Shown here piece after piece: positions 1 through 8,107 of a stretch of 58,656 nucleotides of DNA (positions are counted from its first letter, which is position 1; every line of letters starts with the position of its first letter). This stretch comes from a virus (taxonomy: Duplodnaviria; Caudoviricetes). The position numbers and the translations under genes were made by a program. Under the pieces are notes generated by a model. That model was not told the DNA's origin, did no database searches, and saw nothing but the letters and a program-made list of their open reading frames with translations. The stretch covers positions 1 to 58,656 of IMG/VR virus record IMGVR_UViG_3300033475_000026; one strand, 5' to 3'.

Positions 1-127
1 CGGCTTCACGCAAGCCACCTTCGCCAAGGCCCTCGGCGTTTCCCCCGGCTACATCGGCGACATCGAGCGCGGTCATCGGTTCGTGTCGCTGAAACTCGCG
101 ATGCGCATGGAGGGCGAACTGAAGCTG
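1..127. repeat. Terminal direct repeat (circular assembly overlap), copy 1
   Basis: Bases 1-127 are identical to 58530-58656, and the cro ORF reads through the junction. Confidence 0.95.
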
Positions 128-175
128 CCGATCGTAGCGGAGTTCGTCGCCTCGAAAACCAAAGTGGCGGCCTGA
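1..175 (+). CDS. cro: Cro-like XRE HTH protein, 3' part (starts at 58492 across the junction)
   Basis: Joined ORF MDKDRFIALRKDNGFTQATFAKALGVSPGYIGDIERGHRFVSLKLA...KVAA*; XRE HTH pattern; divergent from the repressor. Confidence 0.85.
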   Translation, partial: GFTQATFAKALGVSPGYIGDIERGHRFVSLKLAMRMEGELKLPIVAEFVASKTKVAA

Positions 176-564
176 TGTCTCAGACGCCCTTGCAGCGCGC
201 GCAGGCGCGACAGATCGACCGGATCAGCTCCACGCTTGGCGCCGAGGGCTCGTATAGCCCCCCCTCCAGCCGCCGGATGGTGCGCCGCAATCTCTTCGCG
301 CACCGCTCTATATCTGCTGGCCGCGCCGCATCCGGCACCACCAACACTATCGCGGCGACCATCGCCGGCTCCCGAGACGCAAGCACGTCCATCACCCAAG
401 GCACGACGATACTGACGGACACCGTCAGCTCCAGCGCGTCGCCCCCGAGCCGCGTTTTCGCCTGTGGCGCGAGTGAGCGCGCACAAGTGCAGGCCGTCAA
501 GCTGCAAGCCCAGGTCGCTAAGGCGGCTCCCGGCGTTGTGAACTGCAACCTCCGAGCGGCCTAG
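175..564 (+). CDS. Hypothetical protein
   Basis: TGATG overlap with the cro stop, but low-complexity product and competing antisense ORFs. Confidence 0.35.
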   Translation: MSQTPLQRAQARQIDRISSTLGAEGSYSPPSSRRMVRRNLFAHRSISAGRAASGTTNTIAATIAGSRDASTSITQGTTILTDTVSSSASPPSRVFACGASERAQVQAVKLQAQVAKAAPGVVNCNLRAA

Positions 565-873
565 TTCCATGCACGGGGGCATCACACATTTCCCATCAGT
601 CGGCCCGAAACGAGCCCCCCAGGGTCGACTGAGCGCGCCTCACCCCGGCGCGCGGGGAGGGCGCGGTGATCTCTCCCGCGCCCTCTCTCCCCATTCCACA
701 AGCTCCGAGCAGGTAGATCCAAGCCAGGCGCGCCAACGCCTTCTTGGTTCGCTCGTCAATGGCCGCTTCGCACGCTCCCAAAGCCCTGCGAGCCGCCTCG
801 AATTGTCCAGCGTTCCAGCCCTCCATTGTCGTGAACCCTCCGTCTGTCAGGTGCAAACTTGACAGGAGCGGTC

Positions 874-1320
874 GTGGAAATCCGGCAACCCAAATCGGGT
901 ACACAACACACCTTAGGGCTTGACAGGGGCCTTCGGGATGCTCTGGCCGACTATTGCCGCCGTCGCTGGCCGAGCAACACCGCGAAATATGTCGCGCGTG
1001 AGTTCGACCTGACGCTGGACGCGGCCCGCAGCATCGTCGCCGGGCGCACGTCGCTCACGACCCTAGAATGGGTCTTCAAGCAGGGCGGCTGGTCTGTTGC
1101 GCTTCCGATCCTAGCCGATGTCATCGGCCACGCCGTTGACCAATTCATCCTCCGAGAAAGACGCGTCCATGCAGAGCACGCTGAGCGCCTTGGGGCGCTG
1201 GTCGGTGGCTGGTGGCCTTTGGCTGCTGGTCGGGCTGTCGATCCTTCTGACGACGCTGGGACACGGCCTGAGCGCGCTGGGACTGCTTCTCGGCGAGTGG
1301 GCGAAAGCACGGCTCGATAA
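874..1320 (+). CDS. CII-position phage regulatory protein (HTH-like)
   Basis: AGGAG RBS before GTG; TAKYVAREFDLTLDAARSIVAG is HTH-like; position downstream of cro. Confidence 0.55.
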   Translation: MEIRQPKSGTQHTLGLDRGLRDALADYCRRRWPSNTAKYVAREFDLTLDAARSIVAGRTSLTTLEWVFKQGGWSVALPILADVIGHAVDQFILRERRVHAEHAERLGALVGGWWPLAAGRAVDPSDDAGTRPERAGTASRRVGESTAR

Positions 1321-1342
1321 GATCAAGGGGAGGGGGAAGTGA
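1118..1342 (+). CDS. Small hydrophobic protein overlapping the preceding gene (true start may be at ATG 1169)
   Basis: Hydrophobic stretch with basic tail; stop overlaps the next GTG start (GTGA). Confidence 0.4.
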   Translation: MSSATPLTNSSSEKDASMQSTLSALGRWSVAGGLWLLVGLSILLTTLGHGLSALGLLLGEWAKARLDKIKGRGK

Positions 1343-2193
1343 AGCCGCGTCAGCTTGAGATGTTCCCTGGTCCGCAGCCTGGGCCGGAAGAGATTATCGC
1401 TAAGGCGCTGTCGTTCAAACCGGTTGCCATCTTCGCCGGTTACTCCGGGGGCGACGACAGTCTGGCTACGGCCCACTGGATGATGGCCAACGTCCCCGGC
1501 TGTGAAATCCTCCACATCAACACCGGCATCGGGATCGAGGCGACCCGAAGGCATGTCCGCGAGACCTGTGCCGCCTTTAGCTGGCCGCTCACGGAGATGC
1601 GCGCCAAGGAAGATTGCGGCATCGACTATGACGCGCTCGTGCGGGCCTACGGCTTCCCCGGTCCTGCCGTGCACTACAAGATGTACCGGCAGCTCAAGGA
1701 GCGAGCGATCCGCAAGGTCGTCGCTAGCCGGAGGCGCAAGTACTCCCGCGAAAAGGTGATGATCGCGACTGGCATCCGTCAGGATGAGAGCCAGCGGCGC
1801 ATGGGCTACGGCGGCAACGAAGTGAACTTCGTCGGCTCGCAGATGTGGGTCAACCCCCTCTACTGGCAACCCAAGTCCTGGTTCATGGACTACATCGCGA
1901 AGCACGATCTTCCGCGCAGCCCGGTTTCCAAGATGCTCGGCATGAGCGGGGAATGCCTCTGCGGTGCGTTCGCCCATGCCGGTGAGAAGGCCCTGGTGCG
2001 GATCGTGTGCCCAGAGACGGCTGACCGCTTGGACCGGCTAGAGGCCGAGGTGCGCGCCGCGGGGCATAACTGGGGCTGGGAAGATCGGCCGCCTCGGCCT
2101 GCTAAGCCGCCCCGTGAGCCCAAGGTCTTGGCGTTCCGACCGATGTGCGTCGGCTGTGAAAAGACCGGCGACCTGTTCGAGGACGCCGCATGA
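1339..2193 (+). CDS. Phosphoadenosine phosphosulfate (PAPS) reductase family protein
   Basis: PP-loop YSGGDDS, NTGIG, TGIRQDESQRR, NPL..W, SGECLCG cysteine motif. Confidence 0.85.
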   Translation: MKPRQLEMFPGPQPGPEEIIAKALSFKPVAIFAGYSGGDDSLATAHWMMANVPGCEILHINTGIGIEATRRHVRETCAAFSWPLTEMRAKEDCGIDYDALVRAYGFPGPAVHYKMYRQLKERAIRKVVASRRRKYSREKVMIATGIRQDESQRRMGYGGNEVNFVGSQMWVNPLYWQPKSWFMDYIAKHDLPRSPVSKMLGMSGECLCGAFAHAGEKALVRIVCPETADRLDRLEAEVRAAGHNWGWEDRPPRPAKPPREPKVLAFRPMCVGCEKTGDLFEDAA

Positions 2194-2372
2194 TCTCCTT
2201 CCTACACCGTCTATTCCCCAAGCCCACACCCCCTGGCCTTAAAGCCTGGAGAGAAGCCCAGGCCGACTTCGATCGCCGTATCGCAGCCGCTCGTTCTGAT
2301 CACGCCAAGGTCCGTTACATCCAAGAGGAACGGGCTCGGTTTGTCGTCGATTGCCTCAAGGGATCGGCGTGA
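2190..2372 (+). CDS. Hypothetical protein
   Basis: ATGA-coupled to both neighbours. Confidence 0.6.
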   Translation: MISFLHRLFPKPTPPGLKAWREAQADFDRRIAAARSDHAKVRYIQEERARFVVDCLKGSA

Positions 2373-2743
2373 TGACCACGCTCAACATTCCCTGGCCGCC
2401 CTCCGCCAATCGGATCTGGCGCAACGTCAACGGCAAGACGCTCAAGTCCGCCGAGTATCGTCAATGGCTCAGCATCGCGGCGCTCTCGACCCGGATGCAG
2501 CGCCCAAAGCCCGTCGCCGGACGCTACCGGCTGACCGTGATCGCCACTCGGCCAGACAACCGCCGCCGCGACCTCGACAATCTGCTGAAACCAGTCTGCG
2601 ATTTGCTGACCACCATGGGTCTGATCGAGGACGATCACCTGGCCCAGGAAATCCGCATCGGCTGGTCCGACGAAGGCCCTGTCGAGGGCGGCTGCATCGT
2701 AGCACAGATCGAGGCCGTCAGCGACATCGCGAGGGCGGCATGA
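2372..2743 (+). CDS. rusA: RusA-family Holliday junction resolvase
   Basis: PWPPSAN start, RRRDLDNLLK, D...IEDD catalytic motifs. Confidence 0.9.
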   Translation: MTTLNIPWPPSANRIWRNVNGKTLKSAEYRQWLSIAALSTRMQRPKPVAGRYRLTVIATRPDNRRRDLDNLLKPVCDLLTTMGLIEDDHLAQEIRIGWSDEGPVEGGCIVAQIEAVSDIARAA

Positions 2744-3054
2744 ACTGTCCGGATTGCAAAGCGCCTGCTGGTGTTATCGACAGCCGTCATAGCGAGATCC
2801 TGAACGGCGTTCGCCGCCGCCGTAAGTGCTCGGAGTGTGGAGCCCGCTTCACGACGCTGGAGTGCGTCTTCGGCGATCTCACACCAGAGACCGCCATAGG
2901 GCCGGGGAATGCAGGGCCGAAGGCCGACACCGTGCTCGCTCTACAGGCTCTCCTACTCTCGATGTCCTATCCTGATCGGCAGATTGTCATGGCGCTCGCG
3001 CGACGGCTTGCTGAAGAAGATTCGCTCAGCGTCTTGGCGGGGATGGCCGCATGA
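2740..3054 (+). CDS. NrdR-like zinc-ribbon protein (no recognisable ATP-cone)
   Basis: MNCPDC...VIDSR...RRRRKCSECGARFTTLE. Confidence 0.75.
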   Translation: MNCPDCKAPAGVIDSRHSEILNGVRRRRKCSECGARFTTLECVFGDLTPETAIGPGNAGPKADTVLALQALLLSMSYPDRQIVMALARRLAEEDSLSVLAGMAA

Positions 3055-3410
3055 GCCCCCCGATCGACAAGATGGAAGCCCGAGCGCTTGCCGAATGGTT
3101 CGGGGTCAAGCTGGGCGCTGGGCGCATCGCTGCGGTCCTACGGCACACCCGCCATCCGACCTATATCCCAACGCACCGGCTTTCCGAGCAAGCCAATATC
3201 TCGATGAGCGCGGTCGGGGTCTATCTCTGCGCCCTGCGCAAGGCCATGCCGGAAGACGCCATAGAGCACAACTGGCGCAGCGGATACCGACTCTCCGCCG
3301 CCGGCCGCACCGACTGCGACCAAGCCATTCTGGATCTTCAGTCCCGCGTCGCGGCGCTTTGGATCGCCATCCCCGCCACCATGATCCACAAGCCGGAGCA
3401 AACGGCATGA
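3051..3410 (+). CDS. Winged-helix DNA-binding protein (OmpR effector-domain-like)
   Basis: AVGVYLCALRKAM...IEHNWRSGYRL resembles the recognition helix and wing. Confidence 0.6.
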   Translation: MSPPIDKMEARALAEWFGVKLGAGRIAAVLRHTRHPTYIPTHRLSEQANISMSAVGVYLCALRKAMPEDAIEHNWRSGYRLSAAGRTDCDQAILDLQSRVAALWIAIPATMIHKPEQTA

Positions 3411-3850
3411 GCGACCACGACAGCATCGAGTCCCTGAAGATGCGGATTGCTATCGACAGTGGAATGCTGGCCCACCTGATGGGCAATGAACCGGCCGCCA
3501 AGACGCTTGCGAACATCGCCGGGGCGTTGCGGCAAGGTCCTACGTCCGGCCTTCTCGCAGGGAACACGACGCCAGTCGTTCCGCTCGCAGCCGTCATGCG
3601 CGAACTAACGGCCCAGGTTTCGGAGGAGACCGGCTACACGATCGAGGAATTGCGCGGTCGTGGGCGGGATCGCTGGCTTTCCTGGTCCAGGTTCGAATGC
3701 TGGGCGCGGATCTACGATACGGGCGGCATCAGCCTCCCTCAGATCGGCCGCTATTTTGACCGGGACCATAGCACGATTCTGAGTGGCATCCGGCGGGCGA
3801 AGCTGTTCCGCGCCCAGCGCGCCGCGGACGAGGAAAGGGTCGCCGGATGA
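3407..3850 (+). CDS. DnaA C-terminal (domain IV)-like HTH protein
   Basis: TIEELRGRGR...SLPQIGRYFDRDHSTILSGIRR. Confidence 0.8.
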   Translation: MSDHDSIESLKMRIAIDSGMLAHLMGNEPAAKTLANIAGALRQGPTSGLLAGNTTPVVPLAAVMRELTAQVSEETGYTIEELRGRGRDRWLSWSRFECWARIYDTGGISLPQIGRYFDRDHSTILSGIRRAKLFRAQRAADEERVAG

Positions 3851-4410
3851 CCAACGTCGTCCAGCTCCGCCGCCCCATCGCCGAGATCGAGCCCAGCACC
3901 TTTGCTACGGCCTGGAGCGCCCTGCCAGACACCATGCGTCAGCGCAGCGAGAAGAAGGCCACGGTAGAGACCCTATGGGACCGCGAGGCCAAGCGTCTGA
4001 ACGGCCAGGAAGACCTGCTTTGCCGTCTGCGCACCTATCTGCGCGACTGCAAGGACATCGCCCGCACGGGAGGACCTGGCCTGCAAGTGCTACTGCGCGC
4101 CGGGCGTCTGGAGCACTGGGCGCCGATGCAGCAAACGCCGCTATTCGCCGTCAAGTTCGAGAACGCAGCGGCCCGCGATCAGGTCGCCGCCTACAAGGGC
4201 GAGGCGTTCTGCCGGTCCTATCTAGATCCATGCCGGGTCGAAGGAACGACGCTTCTCGTCCGCACCGACATCGCGATCAAGCACCTGCGCGAAGTGGGTG
4301 CGATCCTAAAGACACACGGCTTCACCGGAATGAAAAAGATGGTGGAGAAAACGCCGAAACCGGAACTTTCCGAGAACATCCGAGTCGATCGGGGAGGGGA
4401 AAGCCGCTAG
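3847..4410 (+). CDS. Replication organiser-like protein (C-terminal-type domain only)
   Basis: FATAWSALP...RSEKKAT..LW resembles the FxxFWxxYP...K motif of phage initiator C-terminal domains; position in the early right operon. Confidence 0.5.
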   Translation: MTNVVQLRRPIAEIEPSTFATAWSALPDTMRQRSEKKATVETLWDREAKRLNGQEDLLCRLRTYLRDCKDIARTGGPGLQVLLRAGRLEHWAPMQQTPLFAVKFENAAARDQVAAYKGEAFCRSYLDPCRVEGTTLLVRTDIAIKHLREVGAILKTHGFTGMKKMVEKTPKPELSENIRVDRGGESR

Positions 4411-4985
4411 AATCAACGAGTTGGAGCGCGTCTGTGGGACAGTCCGCGCTCCGGGTCTCGATCGCTGATTAAGGCTAGTGCAGTAAATACTGTACCGGCC
4501 AGGAGGTCAAGACCTTTGATGTGTCCTCACGAGTTTGCGGCCTCTCCCAAAGGGCCGAAACAAAAAGCTGCCGCTCTGGTGAGCCCATTCCATCGGCAGG
4601 CCTTCGGGTGCGGGCATACCCCGCAATCGGTGATGAACACAGGCGCGCGTCATTGGATGACGACCGACCGCGCGTTTTGTGGGAGCGGCCTTGAAAACGC
4701 TCCGGCGACGATTTCGGGGACAACGAAATCGGCCCCATTTCGGGGGAAGGGGACTGAGTACGCGGGGTTTCGACCCTCTCCCTCGTCAGGAGCTTCGGAA
4801 GACCCGCGAAGGTCCTCTCCGAAGGCGGAAAGGGCGAAGCTATGGAGAAACGGAACATGAACTGTCTCGCCCCGCAAAGCCAATCGGAGATCGCAGCGTG
4901 AGAGATCAGGAAAGCCTTATGTCCTCCCAGGACCACACCCTCACCACCTTTGCTGCGCGGATCGCAAGCGATCTCTCCGGTCAAC
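4385..4985 (+). ncRNA. Large hairpin-dense non-coding element (candidate structured RNA and/or replication origin)
   Basis: More than a dozen back-to-back stems, e.g. GGAGCGCG/CGCGCTCC, GGCTAGTGCAGT/ACTGTACCGGCC, CTGCCG/CGGCAG, TGCGGG/CCCGCA, CGTCAT/ATGACG, GGAGCG/CGCTCC, CGATTTCG/CGAAATCG, CTTCGGA/TCCGAAG, GGGCGA/TCGCCC; no convincing ORF. Strand is inferred from the operon. Confidence 0.55.
4921..4934 (+). repeat. Cassette-end repeat, left type (GTCCTCCCAGGACC)
   Basis: Matches the reverse complement of GGTCCCGGGAGGAC with one mismatch. Confidence 0.55.
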
Positions 4986-5004
4986 AATTCCGAGGAACCG
5001 AGCA

Positions 5005-5199
5005 ATGACTATCAACATCGACCCATGCCCCTTCTGCGGCGGCGAAGCATCCATCGTCAGCACCTTTGACCGCGACGACGTGCAGCAGTTCTACGGCAAC
5101 TGCGAGACATGCGACGCCTACGGGCCATCCGGCCTGACCGAGAGCGAGGGCGTCGACAAATGGAACCGCAGGGTCTCCGACGCTGGGGAGCAGCGATGA
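5005..5199 (+). CDS. Lar-family restriction alleviation protein
   Basis: PCPFCGG...CETC...KWNRR. Confidence 0.8.
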   Translation: MTINIDPCPFCGGEASIVSTFDRDDVQQFYGNCETCDAYGPSGLTESEGVDKWNRRVSDAGEQR

Positions 5200-5429
5200 G
5201 TAGATCCAAGGCGATATTTTTCCTCGGCTCCAACGCAACGATTTCGCACTGCTACGCATACGCGATGCCAAGTTTCGGGGGCCCGCAGAAGCATCCCTAT
5301 GTGAGCGGTGTCTTCATATGCCCGAACGACCTTAGTTTGTGGTGGCGGATCAAGGCGGCTTGGCGGCTTATTTTCATGGTTCCTGAAGAACTTAGGAAAA
5401 GAGCCGCGTCCAGCGGAGAGCAGCATTGA
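5196..5429 (+). CDS. Hypothetical protein
   Basis: ATGA overlap, GGAG RBS. Confidence 0.55.
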   Translation: MSRSKAIFFLGSNATISHCYAYAMPSFGGPQKHPYVSGVFICPNDLSLWWRIKAAWRLIFMVPEELRKRAASSGEQH

Positions 5430-5472
5430 GATCAGACCCCACAGCCCCAGCCCTGAAGGAGGGCGAGCAGCC

Positions 5473-5961
5473 GTGAAATACTATCTCGACACTGAGTTTG
5501 ACGGTCACGGCGGCCCGCTGCTTAGCCTCGCGTTGGTCAGCGAGGATGGGTTGGGTTGCCATTACCGCACTGGCGTCCGCGCCATGGACCTATGGGTCAT
5601 CCGCAATGTGGAGCCCCTGATGGACCAGCATGACGCGGATATCTGGGCGACGTTGCGCGGGCCGAACTACATGGGCAGTGCGATCCGGGAGTTCATCGAG
5701 CGCTCCAGCCTCGGAGGCGACGAAGAGCATACGATCATCGCGGACAGCCCCGTGGATATCGGCAGATTCTGCGAAGCGCTGTCAACCGGAGATGATGGCG
5801 TCTGGATCTCGACCGAATACCCGCACATGACGTTCGAGGTTCACAACGTCGCCTGCTACCCGACTACGCTCCCCGGCGCTGTCCAGCACAACGCATGGTG
5901 GGACGCCATGGCCCTGCGACACCTCCTGACCACCCCGAAGGAGGCCGTGAACCATGGCTGA
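5473..5961 (+). CDS. DEDDh 3'-5' exoribonuclease (Rv2179c-like)
   Basis: YYLDTEF...LLSLALV...D...HNAWWDA. Confidence 0.8.
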   Translation: MKYYLDTEFDGHGGPLLSLALVSEDGLGCHYRTGVRAMDLWVIRNVEPLMDQHDADIWATLRGPNYMGSAIREFIERSSLGGDEEHTIIADSPVDIGRFCEALSTGDDGVWISTEYPHMTFEVHNVACYPTTLPGAVQHNAWWDAMALRHLLTTPKEAVNHG

Positions 5962-6151
5962 GACCCACGAAACCTGCATCGCCTGCGAGGTCGCGTTCAA
6001 GGCCGGAGACGAGTTCCTGCCCGACATCGGCGGCGGGTTCATCCACATGGACTGCTGCGGCCCGGAGCCGGAGAGCCTCGTTGACCTGGAGACGGGCGAA
6101 CCGCTGGCGGAGAAGCCGGAGCCGCTGATCTGGGAAGCTGACCATGGCTGA
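5954..6151 (+). CDS. Small Cys/His zinc-finger-like protein
   Basis: CIAC...HMDC; flanked by a 16-bp direct repeat ACCATGGCTGAGACCC (5951, 6141). Confidence 0.65.
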   Translation: MAETHETCIACEVAFKAGDEFLPDIGGGFIHMDCCGPEPESLVDLETGEPLAEKPEPLIWEADHG

Positions 6152-6241
6152 GACCCCGAACCCCCCTCAGATCCCCCCGGCCCTAGCCCAGCTAAAACGG
6201 GTAGAGGCAAGCCATAAGCGAGAAGCCCGAAAGGCGAGGAA

Positions 6242-6439
6242 ATGATCGAGCAGGACAGGGGTTCATCCCGGGACCAGAACGACGGTTCAGCGAGTGGACG
6301 TGGTGCAGTAGCCCACGCCATCCCAGACGCCGAGCATGTTGAGCCGCGTTGGCGCTGCGCCCGTTGTGGACGAGACGAAATCGACTGTCGGCAGAATGGT
6401 TGCTCGCGGGGTCCGTGTCCTATGGATTTTGTTGGATGA
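6242..6439 (+). CDS. Small Cys-rich protein; N-terminus encoded by the cassette repeat
   Basis: GAGGA RBS; CARC...C...C...CPM. Confidence 0.6.
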   Translation: MIEQDRGSSRDQNDGSASGRGAVAHAIPDAEHVEPRWRCARCGRDEIDCRQNGCSRGPCPMDFVG

Positions 6440-6792
6440 GCGACCGCACCAACCGTCTCCTTCACGAGCTTGCTGCGTCCATTCGGGAGGATGTCGGCGC
6501 GCTGCCGAGCAATGTCCGGACGCTTGGCGCTGAAATCAAGGCGGCGCGGGATAGCGCGCGGATGAGTCTGCAAGAAGTCGCGGACGTCGCTGGGTTCACC
6601 AAATCCCACGTCTGGGAAGTCGAGCAGGGTCGATCCAGAAATCCTACTGTGGCGATGATCGCGGGTCTATCCAGGGCGCTCGGGGTGCCGTTCTTGCGGC
6701 TCGCTCAGGCCGCTCTCAACACTGCCTTGGCCGATGGCGAGGGTAGGGTTCCCTCGTCCACCACAGAGGCCAGCCAAGTCCCCGGGAGGACC
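6260..6792. mobile_element. Candidate accessory cassette bounded by inverted repeats GGTTCATCCCGGGACC / GTCCCCGGGAGGACC
   Basis: Inverted repeat pair at 6260-6275 and 6778-6792 enclosing two genes. Confidence 0.55.
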
Positions 6793-6801
6793 AATAAATG
6801 A
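6436..6801 (+). CDS. XRE-family HTH transcriptional regulator
   Basis: IKAARDSARMSLQEVADVAGFTKSHVWEVEQGRSRNPT. Confidence 0.85.
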   Translation: MSDRTNRLLHELAASIREDVGALPSNVRTLGAEIKAARDSARMSLQEVADVAGFTKSHVWEVEQGRSRNPTVAMIAGLSRALGVPFLRLAQAALNTALADGEGRVPSSTTEASQVPGRTNK

Positions 6802-7079
6802 CCCCCCCAACTTCACCAATCGAAGCCATGGCTAGGGCTATGCGCGCAGTGGACTTGAACGTCTGGCGTGAAGATTCAGTCCTGCGAACAGTGCTTAGCC
6901 AAGATGGCGCCGACAAACTCGCCAAAGCCGCCCTCCGGGCCCTCCTAGACCATCCCCTACCGGAAGAGGTGATAGATGCTGGACGTGGAGACTTCGATTG
7001 GGGACCAAGCCGGGACGACGAGCCGACACCACACCTCGTCTTCACTGCCATGATCCGCAAGATGCTGGAGACCGCATGA
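6798..7079 (+). CDS. Hypothetical protein
   Basis: IEAMARAM...AKAALRAL...P.EEVIDAG...FTAMI pattern; coupled starts. Confidence 0.7.
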   Translation: MTPPTSPIEAMARAMRAVDLNVWREDSVLRTVLSQDGADKLAKAALRALLDHPLPEEVIDAGRGDFDWGPSRDDEPTPHLVFTAMIRKMLETA

Positions 7080-7333
7080 CCCAGCCCTTCCAGATCACCC
7101 CCCAAACCCGCGCCAAGCCCTTCTGGACCTGGCCTGAATGGCTTCGCATCGCCAACGTCGAAGGCAAGGTCTGGGCCACGAACCGGGACCACAGCGACGG
7201 GACCGACAACCTCATCATCCAGACCCGACACGGAGAGCAGACCGTGGAGATCGGAGACTGGATCGTCCAGGGCGAGGACGGGGAGCTTGGGGTGCTGGTG
7301 GAGGCCGAAGCCAAGCTGGGTGCTGGAGGATGA
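7076..7333 (+). CDS. Hypothetical protein
   Basis: LIIQTRHGEQTVEIGDWIVQGEDGE resembles PGDYG-type phage proteins. Confidence 0.7.
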   Translation: MTQPFQITPQTRAKPFWTWPEWLRIANVEGKVWATNRDHSDGTDNLIIQTRHGEQTVEIGDWIVQGEDGELGVLVEAEAKLGAGG

Positions 7334-7524
7334 TCCCCACCACTCGCAACCTTCAGACGGACCAGCCGCTCGGCGACGACTACGAAGCCAGACCCGTCGT
7401 CAACTGCATCGAGTGCCTGGATACGGGCGCCAGGCCATTGCCCCATTCCGACGAAGCGACAGAGACCTGTGACTGCCCAGCCGGCGATCGGCTGCACCTC
7501 CTACGGACCCAACGAACCGCTTGA
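7330..7524 (+). CDS. Small zinc-finger protein
   Basis: CIECLDTG...CDCPAG; GGAGG RBS. Confidence 0.65.
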   Translation: MIPTTRNLQTDQPLGDDYEARPVVNCIECLDTGARPLPHSDEATETCDCPAGDRLHLLRTQRTA

Positions 7525-7569
7525 TAAAAGCCCCGCTTCCGTCATAATCCTACCGGTTCAGTAGGGATT
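7521..7569 (+). promoter_or_regulatory. Late promoter (TTGATA...CATAAT) with overlapping operator TAATCCTAC-N7-GTAGGGATT
   Basis: sigma70-like boxes; palindrome repeated at 11284, 16604, 25216 and 33447. Confidence 0.65.
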
Positions 7570-8107
7570 GGCGTTCATGACCACGACGGGTATCCACGGC
7601 GCAGTCGCAGTTGGCGACCCAGACGCCCCCAGTCATGTGATCAAGCCCAATGCTGACGGCTCGGTGAACATCGTCGGCGGCGCTGGAGACGGCGGCCCGG
7701 TCAGTGTCGCGGATGGAGCTGACGTCGCCTTGGGCGCCAAGGCTGACGCGGCAGTATTCAGCCCAGCGGCGACGGCCACCCTGATCTCGCTGTTCAAGGG
7801 CCTGCTTAGCCTCGTCAACGGCGAATACGAGACCGTCGCGGCTAGCCAGACTGCGCAGGTCCTTGGGGCCACGGGCGCGACCGGAGACTATCTGTCCGGC
7901 ATTCTGGTTATCCCCGCCACCACATCGCCTGGCGAGGTGACGCTTCTCGACAACGCGACGAGCATTCCGGTTTTCGTTGGGGGCGCGACCTCTGTTTCCA
8001 CCCTGATCCCGTTCTTCGTTCAGATCGGCGCCAAATCCACCTCTGGCGCCTGGAAGTTGACGACTGGCACGAACGTGTCGGCCATCGGCATCGGAAACTT
8101 CACCTGA
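7568..8107 (+). CDS. Putative virion structural/adaptor protein (start may be ATG 7578)
   Basis: Ala/Gly/Thr-rich beta-type sequence; first gene after the late promoter. Confidence 0.6.
   Translation: MAFMTTTGIHGAVAVGDPDAPSHVIKPNADGSVNIVGGAGDGGPVSVADGADVALGAKADAAVFSPAATATLISLFKGLLSLVNGEYETVAASQTAQVLGATGATGDYLSGILVIPATTSPGEVTLLDNATSIPVFVGGATSVSTLIPFFVQIGAKSTSGAWKLTTGTNVSAIGIGNFT

Noticed and set aside
1-127. Biological terminal repeat
   Set aside because: 127 bp equals a common assembler k-mer and falls mid-gene in cro, so it most likely marks circular assembly overlap
4848-4862. Second LexA box (AAAC-N7-GAAC)
   Set aside because: One mismatch and no evident promoter context
4385-4985. Group I/II intron or retron msr-msd
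   Set aside because: No interrupted gene, no recognisable catalytic core by eye, and no reverse transcriptase
4475-5008. Protein-coding ORFs 4475-5005(-), 4516-4860(+), 4679-5008(+)
   Set aside because: Mutually overlapping, Arg/Ser/Pro-rich, no motifs; better explained as structured non-coding sequence
6260-6792. Classical IS/MITE or XerCD dif sites as the identity of the cassette repeats
   Set aside because: No target-site duplications, internal sequences unrelated between copies, and no resemblance to the AT-rich dif consensus
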